Both the position numbers and the translations under genes were made by a program. A stretch of 64,000 nt of DNA from Cirrosporium novae-zelandiae (Eukaryota): positions 744,001-808,000 of the forward strand of contig JAPETS010000002.1 of assembly GCA_026023565.1 (NCBI GenBank), written 5' to 3'. Shown in pieces: positions 33,421 through 47,191 of the stretch; positions within the stretch are counted from its first letter, which is position 1, and the number at the start of each line of letters is the position of its first letter. The notes under the pieces were generated by a model. The model saw only the letters and a program-made list of their open reading frames with translations. It searched no databases and had not been told where the DNA came from.

Positions 33421-36400
33421 TTAATGGTGGCCGTAGTTAGGGGGCGTCTTTGAGGAACCTGGGATCCGTTTCGCCTGTAAGGCCATCATACTCCGCTGCG
33501 TAGGCCCAGATGTCGCTGCCTTCGTGACTATGTGACAAAGGAATCAGCATGGTTTTCTATTAGGATTCTGGGAGACAATAAGGTTGACAGTGCTTATGGG
33601 AAAGAAAAAGAAAAAGGATTAGAAACTCACCCCCATCCTTCCCATCCTTCACCCAGATCAGGTTGTCTGGTTTTCTGCTCCATAGGAACACCAATGAACC
33701 CTTTCCCCATAGCTCTAGCCATCCAATCCTTTGGCTTTGCACCTGGCTTATTACGCCTCCACATCCTCAAGATATAGTGCTCCTTCTCCAATTTCTCTAT
33801 CATGTTTTTTAAGGGTACCCAGGACTCTTTATTTTCCTCAGATCCCGATGCACGCGAGGATCTTGGTGTTCTCCCCGAAGTCTGCTTCACATTGTAGCCT
33901 CTCGTCCTAGCTCGTTCCCTGCGTTCTTTCTCGCGGAGCTTTTTGGCATTTAGTTCTTCCGTGCGTGGGCAGTGGAAGTCCTCGCTATCGCATTCTGGCT
34001 TATGAGGTTTGTTGTCCCATTGGCATCTACAGGCGTGCTTGCTATCGAGGAGATGAAAGTCCGGATAGTTAAATTCACGGCCCATTTGGTGTGTTAACTG
34101 GAGCTCAAGGGTATGTGTCCAGATGTTGTTATGAGAGAGAGCACGGCGGATTATCCGGTAAAGGAAGTGTAAGAGGGGAACATTGGTGTGGTCTAGTGGA
34201 GTACTATTAGCTCTTGTGTTGAGGAAGTATATTGAGAAGGTGAAGTGAGGATACGTACCAAAAAAGGCTGCTTGTATGAGCCTATCAAACTTGTCTTGAT
34301 CTTCCTTGTACTCACGAAATTTCACGATGTGAGTTACTTTTCCAGCACCTTTGTTATCTCTCCCTTCCTTTCGAGCTTCATAGTCATCAAAAAGAAAGTA
34401 CTCTCCTTCGTCTGCCTTAAAGATATGGTACATTTGCTGTCGATGACGCTCAATTGACTCCCACTTCATCCCATGCTTCTCTGCGATGAGCGGCGGGTTT
34501 AGGAAATGGTGCTGCGGTTGCGTTGCTCTATCCCATATTTTATTGGGTGGTTGCTTGCTACATTCAGCATGATGATCGGAGACTCCTTGAAGAAGGTGAT
34601 CAACATCGCAAAAGCGCACTTCAGAGAAAGGTCCGCAGCCAGGACAGCTCAAAGGCTTATGCCAGACATCATGTAAGAGCTTGCCGCAAGACTTTAAGTC
34701 GCAGTAGAATGGATGACGATCAAATCTATGCACAGTATAGCCCGCTTGTTCGTAAGCTTGATAGAGTGTCAGGGCAAAGTCAGTTGACAAGTGATCTATG
34801 CATGTTGGATCTGCTCGGAAGTCACCAGGGCGAGGTTTCTTAGCGGGAAATATCTCAATAAAGTCTTCGTCAAAGTTATGGACAATTTTTGCTTTGGGAC
34901 CATTCACTGGTTCCTCAAAATAGCATATAGCTGGGGCATCTTTCCAGCGGGGGACTTTAGTTAGGACAAATCCCGAATCGGGATCACCAAGTATAGGTAG
35001 CTTTCGTTCGTGGTAAAGATATATTCCAAATGGATCCCACTGCTTACGGGGCCCCCAAGACTCTGGATAGTTGAATGGGGAATATGGCTTTAACGAGAGC
35101 CGCTCGATGTATTCGTGAACCGACATATCTTCTGGCTTTGGATGATTGACGGCGAGACCTGGAGCCAGATTGGTCCAGTACAAATTGATGGCTGGATCCC
35201 AGATAAATACTAGTTCCTCCACGGCCGCCTCTTCGACCGGGGGAGACATTTTTACCAGCTCTTCCAGTTGAGAGGAACCGGAGGCCACCTGAGGAGTGGG
35301 GGAGGGGAGGGGAGGAAACTCTTCGTCTGAGTTTGCGGGAGGAGCTGGAAGAGAAGACCCCTGTGGGTTGAACACGTTAGCTTCGGGGTTCATACAACTT
35401 TGTAAATGCCCAGTTATCTGAGAAGTGGATTTGGTGAACTCTTCTTCTGATTCACTCTTCTTGCTATTAGGTGAGTTTCCAGAGGTTGCTATCACCTCTG
35501 CAGCTTCCTTCGTGCTCCTTGTGCGAGCTCTCTGAATGGTTTCTTGACTTGCCTCATTCTTTGATAGCTTCATTTCTGCAAGGTTGTGAGAAGGAGAAGA
35601 TGGGGCAGTAGACTCAGTTTCAAAGGTTAAGAGCTTAAGAAAGGATAGCGGTGCTTGCTCAGATTGAGAAGATGTTGGTAGTGATGTTTGTTTGTTGGGA
35701 GACGGGGAAGGTTTTGACGGCAAAGTGGTATCTCGTGAAGTGATGGATTCAGCTAGTGTTGATGAGCTCACTTCAGGGCTGTTCTTCTCACCCTTCCTCT
35801 GGCTCGTCCTTCTCTGCAGATGCTGGACGCTCGCGCGTCGCAGCATCTGCGACCTTTCATCGGAGTTTAGTGACATCTCTGGTCGTCCACAGTTCTCCTG
35901 GGTGTTTGTATTTGTAAAAGTGGAAGTTGTGGTTGTGTAAAGAGTGTTGCTGGTGCCCTTTTTTTGCTTGGACTTCTTTCCCTTCTTTTTGGCCAAATTC
36001 TGAGACGGTTCCACGTCAGGCTCAATTCTCTGGCCTTCTACAAGCATCCTATTCTTTGCATACTTCTGGTCCAGGGAGTTCAGTAACCCCATATATTTGG
36101 CTGGCACTCCAAGGCCTTTCAACTTCCCCTTGATGATCTTGAATGAGATCAGAAGATAGTGAACCACATTCGCCAGCCCCTGGTCGTATGAATTCTCCTT
36201 TTGCCATACCTCTAGTTGCAGTTGCTCATCTATGCATGATTGTATCATCAACTGCCGCCTCTTCTCCCGGTGCACTTCACACTTATGGAGCAACATATTA
36301 ATTTCTTTTTCACGACCGGCGTATTCTGAGCCTTTGGACTTCATCTCTTTGATTTTCCCATCATACCATACCATATATAGTAAATGGATTCGAACGCCCG

Positions 36401-36970
36401 AGAACATGAGAGCTACTGCAATAGCCTATATAATCGTCAGTATTACTACACCAAATATAAATATTTAAGCCTTACGGGATGCAGCCAGTACAGATCCTGT
36501 GTATCACTAGTGTCGATAAGGTCGATTTTACGGGTGACACAATATCTAGGATCATCCCCTAGGAGTTCCACCACGAGCCGACGTGCATTGACCTCCTCAT
36601 CTCGAATCGTATCTGCTACCACATTTATGCCTTTATCTCGATATTCATAGCGGAGCTCTTCTAAAAATACGGGACAGCTATTGACTGCCTCCCATAGCCT
36701 TCGGAGGTTTAATTTTTCTTCTGTGTCCCGGAAAGATTTAAGCTGTATACACTGTGTCAGGTCTTGATATATCTTTGCAGCATTGCGTTTGTGTATATAT
36801 TTGGTTTTATTGAGATGTTCGGATATGAATTGCTTCATGTTACCATCTTGTGCAACTAGCTCAAAACCACCTTTTCCAAAGGTGGTGATAAACACAGAGC
36901 AGAGGTCCCTCTCCAGCAAAAGCAGTTTTCCCAAGGGGGTTGTCGTTATCTGAAATCGTTTGGTTTCCAT
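33421..36970 (-). CDS. Large hypothetical protein with a MYND-like Cys/His zinc-finger; 5' end uncertain
   Basis: ORF 36446-36970 joins ORF 33627-36407 through intron 36475-36426; in-frame 66-nt intron 34258-34193; final intron 33630-33528 and last exon to TAA 33421; motif CDLKSC..CPGCGPFSEVRFCDVDH..HHAEC. Possible upstream ATG exon ending at 37129. Confidence 0.65.
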
Positions 36971-39567
36971 GACTTGAAATCCGATGGTAAACTATATGAT
37001 AGCGAGAATACTAAGTCGTTTCGGCTTAATAACCCGTCTCAAGGCAGTGGACGACAACAATGCTTGTGACCTTACAAAACTTATTGCATTAGCATTTGGA
37101 CTTCAATGTGTAGCTTGCAAGGACTTACCATTTATTGGAGTCTTTTATCCAAAACTGAACTTTCGCTCGATCGAATGAGAGGAACGATATAAACCTTCGC
37201 CCTTTCAAGCAACTTCAGCTCGATGTTCGAGGAAGGAGAGATGTAAAGACCAGAAAAAATATGCGTAATCATCCAAAATTTCGAGAGCACTTCAGAGGCT
37301 TGAGGCGATAGCTAAATGATGTGCAGAGCATATAGTGCTCAGGAAGATGATTTCCTTACCTTGAATTTTTGGCCTGTGGCTGCACTTGGTATGAGCAAAT
37401 CCGTATACGGAACCAGATGGTTAGAGTTGAATTAGCTCTCAGTTCAGTATATGGTTGACACGCTTTCATATGCCGTGAAGCTCCAAAATCTCATGTACCA
37501 GAAAAAATAAAGCCGAGTTGGGCAGAGATAGTTCAAGTGCTAGGAAGAATGAATAAATGAGAGGGAGCAGGTATCCATTCACTGGACGCAATACTTCTCG
37601 ATGTTGTCAAGAGATAATTAAATGGCTTGGAGGGTAACAAAAACCGAGCATGAAGTGTTACTTTGCAATGGTGAAGATGTGTGATGATGTATTCAGATCA
37701 AAAGATGGGGCACTGCGGGCATAGAAAAATCGAGGGGGGCCCTCTTAGAAGGTCCCGGAGTGAGCTGCTCTTCCGGGTCGACAATCACGTTCAAAACATG
37801 ACTTATCGACAAGATTGCTCGGCTTCTCTTCTACACTTATGCATCAACATCGCTTGAGAGTGAGAGGGACATTCTACATAAGGCTGCAGGATGTCTAAGA
37901 AACCATCAGGCCTGCAATACCATCTTTCTCTGTGGCTACCTCTCCGTGCTCAGTGCGAACAGCAGTTGGAGGCCAGATCAAGTTTGCATCCATTTAAACC
38001 AGAATATTATTTCCTTGATTACTCTGGAACACTAGATACTGCAACATATAAAACTGCACGAAACAGAAATGATTCTCAGTTCTCAAGATTTAGGGATTGA
38101 GCAGGGGGATAAGGAGAATACATAGACAGTTATCATCCAGATCTAGCACCAGAATTCAGTCCTGCTTCTTGATAGAAGGACACAAAGGAAAACGAACTGA
38201 AAAGATTATTGGGAAGCCGTTTAAAGAATATGGGAGTTTTAGAAGCCATATCTCTAGACAATGGCAGGCCTCCGCAAACAGCATGACAAATATAGTACTA
38301 AAAGTCATGCGAAAAGTCTTCAATTACAAACGAAATTGTTCAGGGGTTCACTTCACAACTTCAAAGAGGTCGCAGCAAGCTCTGTGCACGGACCTTGCGT
38401 ATCTCATCTACCCGTTGACCATTCCTAATCTGTCTCTAGTGCTCTGTCCACTTGAGATGAATTGATATCAGGGTTGAACTACAAAGATATTAGTATAAGA
38501 AAACATTTGGGGCACTATTTCCCAAAATTATTTATAGCTTGACGATCCTGATAATAGAGGTTTCATGAATAGGGCACTGGGGTCTTCTACTGTATTATCG
38601 TTTACTTCACCAATTGCTGAATACCTTATCTAACCATTAGGGATTCTCTCGATCCATCTCCTTTCAAAGATGTGCATGATGGTTGGTGAAATAATATGTT
38701 TGGATGTTACCCATATAACAAACAAAATAGTATGATAATATTGCTAGCTCGATCAAGCAGAACCTAACACGGACAATGAATATTAGAACCGCGAGGACAT
38801 AGCACTGTACGTTCTAGTCTATCATAGACTTCAACTGCTTAAATTTGCCGAGGTGATCTATCAAGTCTTCGGTACTTTGAACCTTGTCGGATATGAAAAT
38901 ACTCCTGCAATAGGGGACTAAAGGACCCCGATATCCTTCCGGGACCAGAGATTTTGTGTTCCCGAACGAGCCTATCCTCTCCCTTTGCGTTTAACTTAGA
39001 CCCAGTCATATGTTCAATATTTTCCTGCTACTTTAACTACTACTTTCCTCGCACCTCTTTGCATTCTTCACCAGAAGTGAGGAATAGAAAAACAACAGAG
39101 GATAGAAAATCCAGTCTATGCAATGAGAGCAGTTATGGGAAGGAGTAAGTTGTGACCAATGGGCTAAAAGATATAAGCACATGGAAAAATTACACGATGT
39201 ATGATTTGGATGTCGAGCTATGGGTCAGAACGAGGCACCAATGAATAGTTTTTTAACAAATCTTTAAAAGGGACATTTCCTTAGATTCCGGGTTTGCCGC
39301 TAGACTGGCAATACTTGGGTTCATGTACTGTACTACTGTGTAAAGTACCGTAGGTTGTAAACCAGACGGACCTCGCCTGAACACCTTCGGGAGAAATCAT
39401 TCGTACAAGATTTCATTAAGGTTTTCCGGCTTGGCCATTGATTATGCTGCTGGTGATTCGGTGTGATATCATCTTTACTCGATGAGATTTGGAGATTGAA
39501 GATGATGAAAAGATACTAAGAAGCAGTAGGTGAACAGTTAGGCGAGGATTAGCCGAAGTTTCTTTCA

Positions 39568-39659
39568 GATAAGGCGATAAGACTAATGTTTGTTGATTAG
39601 CCAGATTTCCCAGGCATTCATTTCAAATCATAGCAAATCAAATTGAGTCTTTCGATAAG
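39568..39659 (+). promoter_or_regulatory. GATA (AreA/NIT2-type) sites upstream of xanthine dehydrogenase
   Basis: GATAAG at 39568, 39576 and 39654; fits known nitrogen-metabolite control of purine catabolism genes. Confidence 0.5.
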
Positions 39660-40048
39660 CCCAAACGCTTCTTTTACCCGCATGCTCCGTTGGCCCAATG
39701 TTTGCCTCCCAATACCTTTTTCCTTAGTACTCAGGCACTTAAGCATCCCCGCTCTGGAGTTAGTGTATGACATAGATATTAATCTACTAGACTATCTATC
39801 TCTGAATCCCTCTACCTCTTTAATCAATAATATCTCTATTATATATTATATAAGATTGGCTATCTAGCCAACTTCTTGCTTTTTGTTTTATGCCATAAAC
39901 ATCTCCTCTCCTTCCTAGTTTTCTTATTCGTTTGTTCTGTCGACTGTCTAAATACAGATTGCTCCATCCATCAACCACGACAAAGGATCAGTTTTCTGTA
40001 TCTGACAAGAAGCTTTTTATTAGTCCCTCTTGGAAACAAGAGAGAATA

Positions 40049-43000
40049 ATGGCTCCAGGACTTGTTGAGCCAGCTATATCAACAGACTGGTCACATTCCC
40101 TGGCCTCCGTGACGAGTGACTATGATGATACTATCAGATTCTATCTCAATGGTACCCGAGTAGTAATAGATTCAATCGACCCGGAAATAACATTACTAGA
40201 GTATCTTCGAGGGATCGGACTTACCGGAACGAAATTAGGTTGCGCTGAGGGTGGATGTGGTGCCTGCACAGTAGTGAGTATCTTCTATGACTGACCACTT
40301 GAGCAATTGATCATAATTAGCCCAGGTCGTATCACAAATGAATCTAACGACTGGTCGATTGTACCATGCCTCAGTTAACGCTTGCTTGGCGCCATTGGTT
40401 AGTGTGGATGGAAAGCATGTAATAACAATAGAGGGGATTGGGGATGCAAAAAATCCCCATGCGGCACAACAAAGGGTTGCTACAGGTATGGGGAGCCAGT
40501 GTGGTTTCTGCACACCGGGCATAGTCATGGTAAGTTCTACAAGGCGAGAGCACCGGGGAATAGAAACATATTTATAGGGGTTAGAGTTTATACGCTTTAC
40601 TGCAAAATTTCCCTCAACCCTCCGAGGAAGAAGTCGAGGAAGCTTTCGATGGAAATTTATGTCGTTGTACCGGCTACAGGCCTATCCTTGATGCAGCACA
40701 AAGCTTCAGTGCTAAGAAGATATGCGGAAAATCAGCGGCAAATGGCGGTCCAGGTTGTTGTATGGACGGTGCTAATGATGTTAATGGAGTTGATAGGATT
40801 GGCGGAGTTAATGGTAATGCTCCTGTAGGATGCTGCAAAAACAGGAAGACGAACGATTCGCACATAATAGAGAAACATTTTACACCACCCGAATTCATAC
40901 ATCATGATCCCAATACCGAGTTGATATTTCCTCCTCTCTTACGGAAACATAACTTTAAGCCACTAGCATTTGGAAACAAACGCAAACGGTGGTATCGGCC
41001 AACAACATTACAACAGCTTCTCGAGATCAAGGATGCCTATCCTTCTGCGAAGATTATTGGTGGAAGCACCGAGACTCAAATCGAAATAAAATTCAAGGCT
41101 ATGCAATATACTGCCTCGGTATTTGTTGGAGACATCAAAGAATTGAGACAATACTCTTTTCATGGCGATCATCTGGAGATTGGAGGAAACGTAGTTCTCA
41201 CTGATCTCGAGGAAATTTGTCGAGAGGCTATCAAACATTACGGTCCTACAAAGGGGCAACCTTACGCAGCTATCCTGAAGCAGATAAGATACTTTGCTGG
41301 ACGTCAAATCAGAAACGTTGGGACGCCAGCCGGTAATTTAGCCACTGCTTCTCCTATATCCGACCTTAACCCAGTTTTTATGGCTACAAATGCCGTACTT
41401 ATCGCCAAATCCCTGAAGAAGGAAACAGAGATACCAATGTCCGACTTTTTCAAAGGCTACAGGACAACAGCTCTACCCCCAGATGCAATAATATCGAAAT
41501 TGCGTATTCCTATTGCGAAAGAAAGAGGAGAATTTTTGAGGGCGTACAAACAAGCAAAACGAAAGGATGATGATATTGCAATTGTTAATGCAGCCTTGCG
41601 TGTTTCTCTGGATAGTTCAAACACCGTTGAAAGTGTTGACCTTATTTATGGTGGCATGGCTCCAACGACTGTTGCAGCTAAAAATGCCATGGTGTATCTT
41701 AAAGGCAAGAAGTGGACAGATCCTTTAACAGTCGAAGGTACTATGAATGCACTGGAAGAAGACTTCAATCTCAGATTTGGCGTCCCTGGTGGGATGGCCA
41801 CTTATCGAAAGTCCTTGGCATTAGGTTTTTTCTACAGATTCTATCACGAAATATTACAACAACTAAATGTGAGAGCTTCAGATATCGACGAGGATGTCAT
41901 CAAAGAGATTGAGCGGGAGGTTTCAACTGGAAAAAGGGATCACGATGCAGCAAAGGCTTATCAAACCACAGTTCTAGGAAAAAGTGAACCTCACGTTGCT
42001 GCACTTAAACAATGCACAGGTGAAGCTCAATACACCGACGATATCCCAGTTCAGAAGAACGAACTCTATGGGCGGATGGTCCTATCCACCAAAGCGCACG
42101 CAAGGATTCTCGATGTCGATCCTTCCCCCGCCTTTGACCTCCCTGGTGTCGTCCAATGGGTTGATCATAACGATCTTCCAAACCCCGAAGTTAACTTCTG
42201 GGGGGCTCCTAACTGCGATGAACCCTTCTTCGCCGTTGATGAAATATTTACTGCTGGGCAACCGATAGGGATGATTCTCGCTGATTCCGCCCAACACGCA
42301 GAAGCTGCCGCCCGTGTTGTCAAGATCACCTATGAAGAGCTCCCTTCTATATTTACCATTGAAGAAGCTATTGAAAAGCAAAGCTATTTTGAACATTATC
42401 GGTACATCGTCAAAGGTGACACCGAGAAAGCATTTAAAGAAGCCGATCATGTCTTTACTGGGGTTGCTAGAATGGGCGGCCAGGAACACTTTTACCTCGA
42501 AACCCAAGCCTGTGTAGTAATTCCAAAGCCGGAAGATGGAGAAATGGAAGTCTTCAGCTGCACCCAGAATCCTACTGAAACACAAACCTACGTATCCCGG
42601 GTTACAGGGGTGAAGGCCAACAAAATTGTTTGCAGGGTTAAACGGTTAGGTGGCGGATTCGGTGGAAAAGAAACAAGGTCCATTCAACTAGCTAGCATCT
42701 GTGCAACTGCCGCAAATAAAGTCAAACGGCCCGTCAGATGTATGCTCAACCGTGATGAAGATATCATCACATCGGGCCAGCGACATCCCTTCCTTGGAAG
42801 ATGGAAGGTTGGTGTCAATAATGACGGCAAGATAGTCGCATTAGATGCTGACGTCTTCGCCAATGGCGGCTGGACGCAAGATCTGAGTGGTGCAGTTGTC
42901 GAGCGCTCCCTTTCCCATATAGACAATTGCTATGATATCCCCAACATCAGCGTCCGTGGCCGCATCTGCAAGACCAACACAGTTTCCAACACTGCCTTCC

Positions 43001-44268
43001 GTGGTTTTGGCGGTCCACAGGGCATGTTTGTCGCAGAATCCTACATGAGCGAAGTAGCCGACCACCTCAACATGCCTGTTGAAAAGCTTCGCGAAATTAA
43101 CTTTTATAAAGCAAATGGAATCACGCATTACAACCAAGAACTCAAAGACTGGCACGTCCCCCTCATGTGGAACCAAGTCCTCTCCGAATCCAACTACGCC
43201 GCCCGCCGTGATGCCATTGATTCCTTCAACGCGACTCATAAATGGAGCAAACGTGGCCTAGCCATCATCCCTACTAAATTCGGCATCTCCTTCACGGCTC
43301 TCTTCCTCAATCAGGCCGGGGCCTTGGTCCACATCTACCATGACGGCTCTGTCCTCGTCGCGCACGGCGGCACAGAAATGGGCCAAGGTCTCAACACAAA
43401 AATGTGTATGATTACCGCCGACGCTCTACAGGTCCCCCTCTCTAGCATTCACATCTCCGAAACCTCCACCAATACTGTTGCGAACACATCTTCGACGGCC
43501 GCCTCTGCCTCCTCCGATCTCAATGGCTACGCCATATTCAACGCTTGCGAACAAATAAACGAACGCCTAGCCCCTTACCGCAAAAAACTTGGCCCTAAGG
43601 CTAGCATGGCCGACCTTGCCCACGCTGCATACTTCGACCGTGTTAACCTCTCTGCCAACGGCTTTTACCGTACACCAGACATCGGATACGTATGGGGTGA
43701 GAATAAAGGCCAAATGTTCTACTACTTTACGCAGGGTGTGACAGCAGCTGAAGTGGAGCTGGATACATTAACAGGCGACTGGACATGCCTGCGCGCGGAT
43801 ATCAAGATGGACGTTGGCCGAAGCATCAACCCTGCCATCGACTATGGGCAAATCGAAGGCGCCTTCATTCAAGGTCTGGGTCTTTTCACCATCGAAGAAT
43901 CCCTCTGGCACCGTGCTAGCGGCCAGATATTCACCAAGGGACCCGGCGCCTACAAGATCCCCGGCTTTAGGGACATCCCCCAGCAATTCAACGTTAGCTT
44001 GCTTAAGGATGTGGAATGGGAGAACCTGCGCACCATCCAGCGTAGTAGGGGTGTAGGCGAACCCCCGCTTTTTATGGGTAGTGCCGTCTTCTTTGCTATC
44101 AGGGACGCCCTGAAGGCTGCCAGGAAGGAATATGGAGTCGAGGAGGTGCTAAGCTTGTGCAGTCCAGCGACGCCAGAGAGAATCAGGGTTAGCTGTGCGG
44201 ATCCGATTGTGAAGAGGGCGTTTGTGAAACAGGAGGAGGGAGAGAGGAGTTTTTTTATAAGTATTTAG
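40049..44268 (+). CDS. hxA: Xanthine dehydrogenase
   Basis: Exons 40049-40273, 40326-40529, 40585-44268; 2Fe-2S motifs [29 protein letters not shown]; Moco motifs [35 protein letters not shown]. Confidence 0.97.
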
Positions 44269-45122
44269 TTGGGGTTGGTCGGTCAGGGCCGGAAGGCGTA
44301 GAATAGGGTGGGGAGAGACTACAAACCTGCAATGGATTGATTGATATTTGGGTATCTACTTCCTACAGGACAGGGGGTACTTGCATAAAATGATATTTGA
44401 TAGCATCATACCATTCCTTAAACATTTTTTTCTTTTCCCCATGACGGATAAATCATCCTCCCAGATATCATCACCCTCATCATTATTATTAGCCCTAAGC
44501 CTATATACTCCCTCCTAGAATTATTCTCAAAACCAAAAAAAACAATTTTTTTTAAGTTGCGAAAGCAGTAAGTAGGCTAGTTAATTATATAATTTGGTTT
44601 GTGTGTTGCTATTTCTAGGTTTTATTTTTTGGAGTGGGTTTCTGGGATATGTATATTGGTATTGGCGTCTTAAGCAGGGGTATGATATTGATATATTTGG
44701 TTGGTTGATGAGGAAACTCGTTGACCTAGAGAGAGAGAATGTCTTTTGAGTTGTATTGTGTGATAAAAAACAATGGAAAGAATATAGAGAGGGGGGGAGG
44801 GGGTGGTTGCATTTCAATGTGTACAGTACTTAAGACTTAGTAGTTTAGACCTAATTAGTTCTGGCATAATTAAAGAAGAAGAGAAGAAAATATCAAATCA
44901 ACATCTAGAATCTGAACCTCATGTCGAAAAGACAACAAGCAATAAACAAGGAAGATATAAACTAAAATGGTAAAGAAATTATTAGTGGTTTCGGAGAAAT
45001 TTTCAAAATTTTCAAATTTTCCACACACTCCTCCAACAGTCATCAACAAACAGGCCAAAAAAAAAAGATGATTTTGCTATTGAAACTCCGTTTAATCGAA
45101 ATCCAATCGAATCAAAGCCGAT

Positions 45123-45226
45123 TGCAGCAACTGTGGATTGAACACAGGACCTCCAGATTTTCTAATGAAATGACACAAACTGAAGTTTTCTTCAGTCTGG
45201 CGCTCTCCCAGCTGAGCTATTGCTGC
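45123..45226 (-). tRNA. tRNA-Phe(GAA) with 31-nt intron (45189-45159)
   Basis: GCAGCAA TAGCTCAGCTGGGAGAGC G CCAGA-CTGAAG..A-TCTGG AGGTC CTGTG-TTCAATC-CACAG TTGCTGC A. Confidence 0.93.
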
Positions 45227-45623
45227 CTTTTGGTCTTGTGCGAGATGGGGTAGTTCACTGGGTGAACTCACGCTTTTTTGCTTGGAGTTCCTTTGCGCAA
45301 TTACATTTTTATTTAATTAATTACCCGACATGTTGTGTGACTTGATAGAATCGGAAACCTTAGTGAAATAAATGGTTTCATCGGAGACTAATAAAGTTGC
45401 CCTCCATGACAGCTGAAAGATAACAGGGACACAAGGGAGGGAGCGTGATAACATTCTTGTTTGCTTTGTTTGCCATCTTGACCAAAAATTTCTTCTTCTA
45501 CATCAAAACCACAAAAAATATAGATATCTCATGGGCCCCCCCCCGTTACCTGCCACCAATTTCACAACCCATTTAACTTTCAAAAAACACACACCATCCA
45601 CAACATCCCATCAGCAAAAATAT

Positions 45624-45737
45624 TGCTTCCACACGGATTCGAACCGGGGACCTCGACATTTTTTTGACAGTAAATCCTCATCTATTTGATGCGGTGTGTT
45701 TACTAGTGTCGCGCTCTACCAACTGAGCTATAGAAGC
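45624..45737 (-). tRNA. tRNA-Thr(AGT) with 41-nt intron (45700-45660)
   Basis: GCTTCTA TAGCTCAGTTGGTAGAGC G CGACA-CTAGTA..A-TGTCG AGGTC CCCGG-TTCGAAT-CCGTG TGGAAGC A; one C:T mismatch in the T stem. Confidence 0.9.
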
Positions 45738-47191
45738 TGGAAGCTATTTGTTGAAAGGTGGACCCTTGAAAATGAATTATGAGGGAAAAGGGAAGAAAGA
45801 AAAGGGAAAAGAGAAAAAGTGGGTAAACGGAAAAAAAGCCAGCGGTGAAGTGGAGAAAAAGGGGTTTAGTTTATTTTTGTTGAACTTCGCTGTTAGTTAG
45901 ATTTTCTTTTTTAATTGAAAACTGCAAAGTAGAAAAACCTTGAAGGTAGACTAATGAATGCCAAATACAAACTACATGTGTAATATATGCACGAAAATTA
46001 AATTTTTTAATGGATCAAGGGGCTAAATTAATTGTAGATCGCACTAACAGGAGGGAGTCTTGGTTTCCGTTGTGGCTATTGCTGCCTGAGGTCTACCGAA
46101 CCTACACAAGTAATAGACGGGCAACAATATAATCATTTTCATGACCCTTTCATTCCTCTTTAAATATTATCTCTCTTTAAAAAAAAGTTCTATATTTTTA
46201 ATACCTTGTCTGCCCCCTCCTAGTTGTAAGCCTAAAAGCTTGGTATAGATAATACATCATATACATGTATATAGGCATATAACTCCTGTTCTATATAAAT
46301 GATAAAGGCGAAAGCGGGTAAACACCTACAATAGGATCAAAACCCAAGCCGAGGATAACCCTCCTGGTGAAATCCTCAATCCTATCAATAGAGAAAAGCT
46401 CATTTTATAACTATAGTAGTAATCTTAGGATGATATTTATTAGCCTTCATCCTCGCCATAACTTGCTTCGTTTACGATGAACTTTCGTTTTCACAACAAC
46501 TTTTTGCCATTCGAGTTTACCGATTGATTGATATGTACCGGCTATCAATACCCAATTATCTACCAACTGAAAAGAAAATCCAAAGAGACCTAGCTAGTCA
46601 AGGGTAATCACAAAAGAAATCTATTGGGGTTTGCCTTGTTCGTAATATCAACTACCCGCAAAGGAAATATCCAGCCCTAAATCACAAAAGGAAGGTTATT
46701 TACAATCTAGATTAAACGAGACACAAGGTATCGAGGCATTCGCGAGAGATGGCAGTTGGAATGCTCGTAAAACAGACTATCTGCACAATAGTGACATGAC
46801 GCTTCCTGCACACAAACTATAGCTTCCTCCTCATTTCTTTCATGTTATCATGAACGACGCCTAGCAAACAGAGCCAAAACAGACATCCATCGCCTAGGTT
46901 CGCCTTATGAGTGGATGTGGGCACAAGCTGAGACCATAGCCGCCACCAATTCCATCTCCAATCCTGAAAATGCTGCGCCAATGCCGTCACATAATATGCC
47001 CCAAACGCCATCTTCACCGCATGCCTTGAGATAAGAAAATAGGAAAAAGGAGTGACCATTGACAAAATAAAGCGCCCCAATTACATCTGAACCCAAATAA
47101 ACTTACTAGATATGTTGCATAGACATCTTAGATGTAAAAACAAGAAACCATCAAATTCCAAACAACGGCTGTGGGGATAGAACGGTCCGCT

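Noticed and set aside
37400..39500. Short ORFs between the zinc-finger gene and hxA, as possible transposon or pseudogene remnants
   Set aside because: No recognisable domain, terminal repeats or consistent splice pattern.
39250..39600. UaY-type TCGG-N6-CCGA site upstream of hxA
   Set aside because: Only imperfect CGG-N5-CCG-like matches were found.
44283..44301. TCAGGGCCGGAAGGCGTAG, resembling SRP RNA helix 8
   Set aside because: It lies 15 nt after the hxA stop codon, lacks the AGCAG side of the loop, and leaves no room for the rest of an SRP RNA.
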